Assembly (NCBI GenBank): GCA_963768855.1
Contig: CAVYJM010000004.1
Span: 1 to 26,549 of the forward strand
Length of the DNA stretch: 26,549 bases
DNA from: an uncultured Thermoplasmata archaeon
Lineage (GTDB): Archaea > Thermoplasmatota > Thermoplasmata > RBG-16-68-12
Reading direction: 5' to 3'
Under the pieces are notes generated by a model that saw nothing but the letters and a program-made list of their open reading frames with translations, ran no database searches and was not told where the DNA came from. The position numbers and the translations under genes were made by a program. Position 1 is the stretch's first letter. Each line of letters begins with the position of its first letter. This document shows positions 22,487 through 26,549 of the stretch, in pieces.

Positions 22487-23518
22487 ATGCCGAAGAGGGC
22501 GTCGCTCACCGCCTACGCAGTGTCCCGTCTCGTCCTCGCATTGCCCATGCTCTTGATCCTGCTCAGCGTGGTCTTCCTCGTCTTGCGAATCCTGCCAGGA
22601 GATCCGATCGCGGCCCTGTATGGGGGGCGAGCGCCCCCGGCCGTCCTGGCAGCCGCACGAGCGCGCTACGGCCTCGACCAACCCTGGTGGACCCAGTACG
22701 GGATCTACCTGCGGCAGATCTTCACCGGAGACTTCGGCACGTCCCTGGGTGAGATCTACCGCGGGAACAGCGTGCTCGGCACGATCCTCCTGAAGCTGCC
22801 CGCGACCATCGAGCTTGCAATCGGCGCGATGATTGTGGCCACGGTCGTTGGCCTAGGCACGGGGGTCCTCGGCGGGGTGAACCGGGACAAGCCCGTCGAT
22901 GTGGCGGTCCGGCTCTACGGCACGATCGTCTGGGTGATCCCGATCTTCTGGCTCGGTCTGATGTTCCAGCTCGTGTTCGCGGTGGAACTACGGTGGCTCC
23001 CGGCGAGCCTGCGTTGGGACCCGGGGATCCCCTTCCCGAGGAAGATCACCGGCCTCCTTACGCTCGACAGCCTGATTGAGGGGAACTTCGGAGATTTCAT
23101 CATTGCCCTGCGCCACTTGGTCCTGCCCTGCCTCACGCTGGGGCTCGTCCTGAGCGGGTTCTTCACGAAGACCGTGCGCGCGAACCTGCTGCGCACGGCC
23201 AACTCGGACTACGTGGAGGCGGCGCGCGCCCGAGGGGTGCGGAACCGTTCGATCGTCTACCGGTACGCGTTCAAGAACGCCCTCATCCCAGTCGTCACGA
23301 TCTTGGGCCTCCAGTTCGCGATCCTGTTCGCGGGGGCCGTGCTCACGGAGCGGACGTTCTCCTGGGACGGTATGGGGACGCTGCTCCTCGACTCGATCAA
23401 CTCGAAGGACTACCCGATGATCCAGGGGACCATCGTCATCTATGCGTTCATCATCATCGTGATCTCCGTCCTCATCGACATCGTCAACGGGCTCATCGAC
23501 CCGCGCCTGAGGTACTAG
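22487..23518 (+). CDS. dppB: peptide ABC transporter permease (DppB/OppB)
   Basis: LPGDP…YGLDQP…GDFGTSL…LPATIELA; EAA loop DYVEAARARG; GAVLTERTFSWDGMG. Confidence 0.95.
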   Translation: MPKRASLTAYAVSRLVLALPMLLILLSVVFLVLRILPGDPIAALYGGRAPPAVLAAARARYGLDQPWWTQYGIYLRQIFTGDFGTSLGEIYRGNSVLGTILLKLPATIELAIGAMIVATVVGLGTGVLGGVNRDKPVDVAVRLYGTIVWVIPIFWLGLMFQLVFAVELRWLPASLRWDPGIPFPRKITGLLTLDSLIEGNFGDFIIALRHLVLPCLTLGLVLSGFFTKTVRANLLRTANSDYVEAARARGVRNRSIVYRYAFKNALIPVVTILGLQFAILFAGAVLTERTFSWDGMGTLLLDSINSKDYPMIQGTIVIYAFIIIVISVLIDIVNGLIDPRLRY

Positions 23519-23519
23519 G

Positions 23520-24443
23520 ATGTCGACCGCCACGGGAGGCTCCGAGCAGGTCACGTGGGAATCCATCTTCGGTCCGCGGACCTTCCTCGGCCGGTTCATC
23601 CACCCGATGCTGGAACAGCGCAAGACCCTCGCGGGCCGCCTCACTTGGTTCGGGCTCATCCTCCTCCTCGCGTTCATTGTCATCGCGATTTTCTCGCCCT
23701 TCTTCTCCCCCTACGACCCCACCCTGATCGTCCCGACCCAGATCAACCAGGCCCCGAGCGCGGCGCACTGGATGGGGACCGACGATCTGGGACGCGACGT
23801 GTTCAGCCGGGTCCTCTGGGGCGCTCGGACGTCGCTAGAGATCATGGTGATCGGGGTCTTCCTCGCCCTGGTCATCGGCTTCCCGGTCGGCCTGTATTCG
23901 GGATATCACGGCGGCTATCTGGACCGCGTGCTCGTCCTCGTGATGGACTCCGTGTACGCCTTCCCCGGCCTGCTGCTCGCGGCGCTCGTGGCCCTGTTCC
24001 TCGGAAAGGGCGTAGTGAACATCGGCATCGCGATCACGGTGATCTACATCCCCCTGTACTACCGCGTGACGCGGAACCACGTGCTTTCGATCAAGCAGGA
24101 GACCTACGTCGAGGCCGCGCGGGCCCTGGGCGCCAAGCCTCGCACCGTGATGTGGTCCTACATCGCCTCGAACGTCCTCGTCTCCATCCCCGTCATCTTC
24201 TCCCTGAACGCAGCGGATGCGATCCTCACGGCCGCCGGCCTAAGCTTCCTAGGCTTCGGCCTCGAACGCCCGACCCCGGACTGGGGCCTCGATCTCAGCG
24301 ACGCCCAGCGCTTCCTGGGGAACGGCGTCTGGTGGACCTCGGTCTTCCCCGGGATCATGATCATCATCCTCACCGTCGGCCTGAGCTTCCTCGGGGAAGG
24401 GCTCAACGACCTCGTGAATCCCCTCCTCAAGAAGGAGCGCTAA
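23520..24443 (+). CDS. dppC: peptide ABC transporter permease (DppC/OppC)
   Basis: HWMGTDDLGRDVFSRVLWGARTSL; EAA loop YVEAARALGA; LSFLGFG…PDWG. Confidence 0.95.
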   Translation: MSTATGGSEQVTWESIFGPRTFLGRFIHPMLEQRKTLAGRLTWFGLILLLAFIVIAIFSPFFSPYDPTLIVPTQINQAPSAAHWMGTDDLGRDVFSRVLWGARTSLEIMVIGVFLALVIGFPVGLYSGYHGGYLDRVLVLVMDSVYAFPGLLLAALVALFLGKGVVNIGIAITVIYIPLYYRVTRNHVLSIKQETYVEAARALGAKPRTVMWSYIASNVLVSIPVIFSLNAADAILTAAGLSFLGFGLERPTPDWGLDLSDAQRFLGNGVWWTSVFPGIMIIILTVGLSFLGEGLNDLVNPLLKKER

Positions 24444-24446
24444 CCG

Positions 24447-25403
24447 ATGGAAGAGCTCCTCCAGCTCGAGGACCTCTCGGTTCACTACAAGACCCTGCGC
24501 GGCGAGGTCCGGGCCATCGAGGGCGTCTCCTTGGAGATCCCGGAGGGGGAGACGCTCGGGGTCGTCGGCGAGACGGGTTGCGGGAAGTCCACGCTCGGGA
24601 AAGCGGTCCTCGGGGTGCTCCCCCCCGGAACGCGCGTGAAGGGCCACGTGCGGTTCCGCGGGCAGGACCTCCTGACCCTCGAGGAAGAGGCATTGCGCGA
24701 GCTGCGAGGGAGGGACTTGGCCCTCATCTTCCAGGATCCCATGACCCGCCTCAACCCGCTCATGACGATCGACCGGCATTTCGTCGAGACGATCCGCGCC
24801 CACGAGGACGTGTCCGAGGACGAGGCGCGGGAACGTGCGCGCGTCGCCCTGACCGCCATGGGCATCCCCGAATCGCGGATGAAGAACTTCCCGCACGAGT
24901 TCTCGGGCGGCATGCGGCAGCGGATCATGATCGCCCTCGCCCTGGTGCTCCGACCCTCCCTGCTCGTGGCCGACGAGCCGACGACCTCGCTGGACGTGAT
25001 CGTGGAGGCCGGGATCCTCGAGATCCTCGAGGACCTGAAGCGCGCCTACAAGATGTCCCTCCTCCTCATCACGCACAACCTCGGCATTGTCGCGGAGGTG
25101 TGCGACCGCGTCGCGGTGCTCTACGCGGGGCGCCTCGTGGAAATCGGGTCCGTGTGGGACATCTTCGCCCGGCCGATCCATCCGTACACGCAAGCCCTCC
25201 TGAAGTCCGTCATCCATCTGGAGACGAAGGAGCTCTACTCCATCGACGGCAGCCCGCCCGACCTGTACAAGCCGCCGACCGGGTGCCGTTTCCACCCTAG
25301 GTGCCCCTACGCGAAGGACATCTGCCAGTCCGAGGATCCGCCTCTCGTCCAGTTCCGCCCGGGGCAGTTCGCGGCGTGCCACTTCGGAGGGGAATTCCTG
25401 TAA
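24447..25403 (+). CDS. dppD: peptide ABC transporter ATP-binding protein (DppD/OppD)
   Basis: Walker A GETGCGKST, signature FSGGMRQR, Walker B VADEPT, C-terminal HPYT…CRFHPRC…C. Confidence 0.95.
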   Translation: MEELLQLEDLSVHYKTLRGEVRAIEGVSLEIPEGETLGVVGETGCGKSTLGKAVLGVLPPGTRVKGHVRFRGQDLLTLEEEALRELRGRDLALIFQDPMTRLNPLMTIDRHFVETIRAHEDVSEDEARERARVALTAMGIPESRMKNFPHEFSGGMRQRIMIALALVLRPSLLVADEPTTSLDVIVEAGILEILEDLKRAYKMSLLLITHNLGIVAEVCDRVAVLYAGRLVEIGSVWDIFARPIHPYTQALLKSVIHLETKELYSIDGSPPDLYKPPTGCRFHPRCPYAKDICQSEDPPLVQFRPGQFAACHFGGEFL

Positions 25404-26549
25404 TGCTCACCGAGACGAAGCCTGTGGCGTCCACGGAGTCTCTCCTCGAGGTCCGCAATCTCAAGGTTCACTATTCCGTGAAGATGCCCGTCCTCCAGAG
25501 GTTGCTCCTCCGGGAGAAGCCCGTCGTCCACGCCGTCGACGGTGTTGACTTCACATTGCGGCGGGGCGAGATCTTCGGGCTCGTCGGCGAGAGCGGATGC
25601 GGGAAGACGACCGTGGGGCGGACGATCCTGCGCCTCGTCGAACCGACGTCGGGGACGATTGAGTTCGAAGGGCATGAGATCACGCACCTGAAGGAAAAGC
25701 AGCTCGAGGGCTTCCGGCGGCAAGCCCAGATCGTCTTCCAGGACCCCCACGCGGCGCTGAACCCCGCCATGTCCATCGGGCGTGCGATCGGCCATCCCCT
25801 CGAGATCCATGGGATCACGCCGGAATCGTCCGTGGCCAAGGGGATCGTGGGGGGATCCATCCATCCCGCGCAGGGGTCGCCGGTGCGCGCGACCGAGGTG
25901 GAAGAGCGGGACGCGGTCCTCGCGATCATGCGGGAGGTCGGACTCACCCCGGAGGAGCAGCTGTACGAGAAGTACCCCGCCGACCTGAGCGGTGGCCAGA
26001 AGCAGCGCGCGGTGATTGCGCGGGCGATGATCCTGCGACCCAAGCTCATCGTGGCGGATGAGCCGGTCGCGATGCTCGACATGTCGATCCGAGCGAAGGT
26101 GCTCGAGCTGATGATCGACCTGAAGACCCGATACGGGCTGACGTACCTGTTCATCACCCACGACCTGGCGACCGCGAAGTTCATCTGCGACCGGATCGCG
26201 ATCATGTACCTCGGCCGCATTGTCGAGATGGGCTCTGCGAGGGAGATCTACGACGACCCGAAGCACCCGTACACGAAAGCGCTCCTGTCCGCAATCCCCG
26301 TGCCCGACCCTACGAAGCGCGCGCGGAAGGAGCTGCCCAAGGGGGAGGTGCCCGACGCCGTCTACCCGCCCGCGGGCTGCCGCTTCCACCCGCGGTGCTC
26401 CGCCGCGCTCCCGACCTGCGGCTGGGAGGGGCGGGACCTGCTGGACTTCTTGGAGCAGCGCTGGCTCGCTCCCGACGTCGCGACGCGAGAGGCCGCCCTC
26501 GGACCCGTCGAGGTCTGGTCCGCGGAAGGGCTCGAGGCGTGGAGGCTGG
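25403..26549 (+). CDS. dppF: peptide ABC transporter ATP-binding protein (DppF/OppF), truncated by the window end
   Basis: Translated by hand from the ATG overlapping the dppD stop (taATG): GESGCGKTT, LSGGQKQR, VADEP, HPYTKALL, CRFHPRC. No stop before the window end, which explains its absence from the ORF track. Confidence 0.93.
   Translation, partial: MLTETKPVASTESLLEVRNLKVHYSVKMPVLQRLLLREKPVVHAVDGVDFTLRRGEIFGLVGESGCGKTTVGRTILRLVEPTSGTIEFEGHEITHLKEKQLEGFRRQAQIVFQDPHAALNPAMSIGRAIGHPLEIHGITPESSVAKGIVGGSIHPAQGSPVRATEVEERDAVLAIMREVGLTPEEQLYEKYPADLSGGQKQRAVIARAMILRPKLIVADEPVAMLDMSIRAKVLELMIDLKTRYGLTYLFITHDLATAKFICDRIAIMYLGRIVEMGSAREIYDDPKHPYTKALLSAIPVPDPTKRARKELPKGEVPDAVYPPAGCRFHPRCSAALPTCGWEGRDLLDFLEQRWLAPDVATREAALGPVEVWSAEGLEAWRL

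Overview
High-GC archaeal chromosomal window. The GGR N-terminus (EKRQEIGSPVRCGEG) resembles Thermoplasma-type enzymes, so an uncultured Thermoplasmatota lineage is likely; this is inferred from recalled sequence similarity, not a search. 1-2.9 kb is a visibly less GC3-biased accessory patch of short + strand genes (small hypothetical, multi-Zn-finger protein, GNAT, hypothetical, membrane protein). It contains two families of intergenic direct repeats arranged in a nested order. Next come a membrane-anchored Ig-like surface protein and a convergent S8 subtilase (I9+PA). A long minus-strand run follows: RusA-family resolvase, tandem-ACT protein, aspS, MscS, ClC-CBS, tatA, geranylgeranyl reductase, 2[4Fe-4S] ferredoxin, tetraether lipid synthase (Tes) and a DUF72 protein. 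After that are a divergent DUF72-SWIM fusion, an SDR, FEN1, and a Dpp/Opp ABC importer whose binding protein appears circularly permuted; its second ATPase runs off the window end. Most genes have their own TATA-like promoter. I found no rRNA, tRNA, CRISPR array, transposase or integrase. All calls come from motif recognition by eye, and several start codons were re-picked from promoter/SD context.
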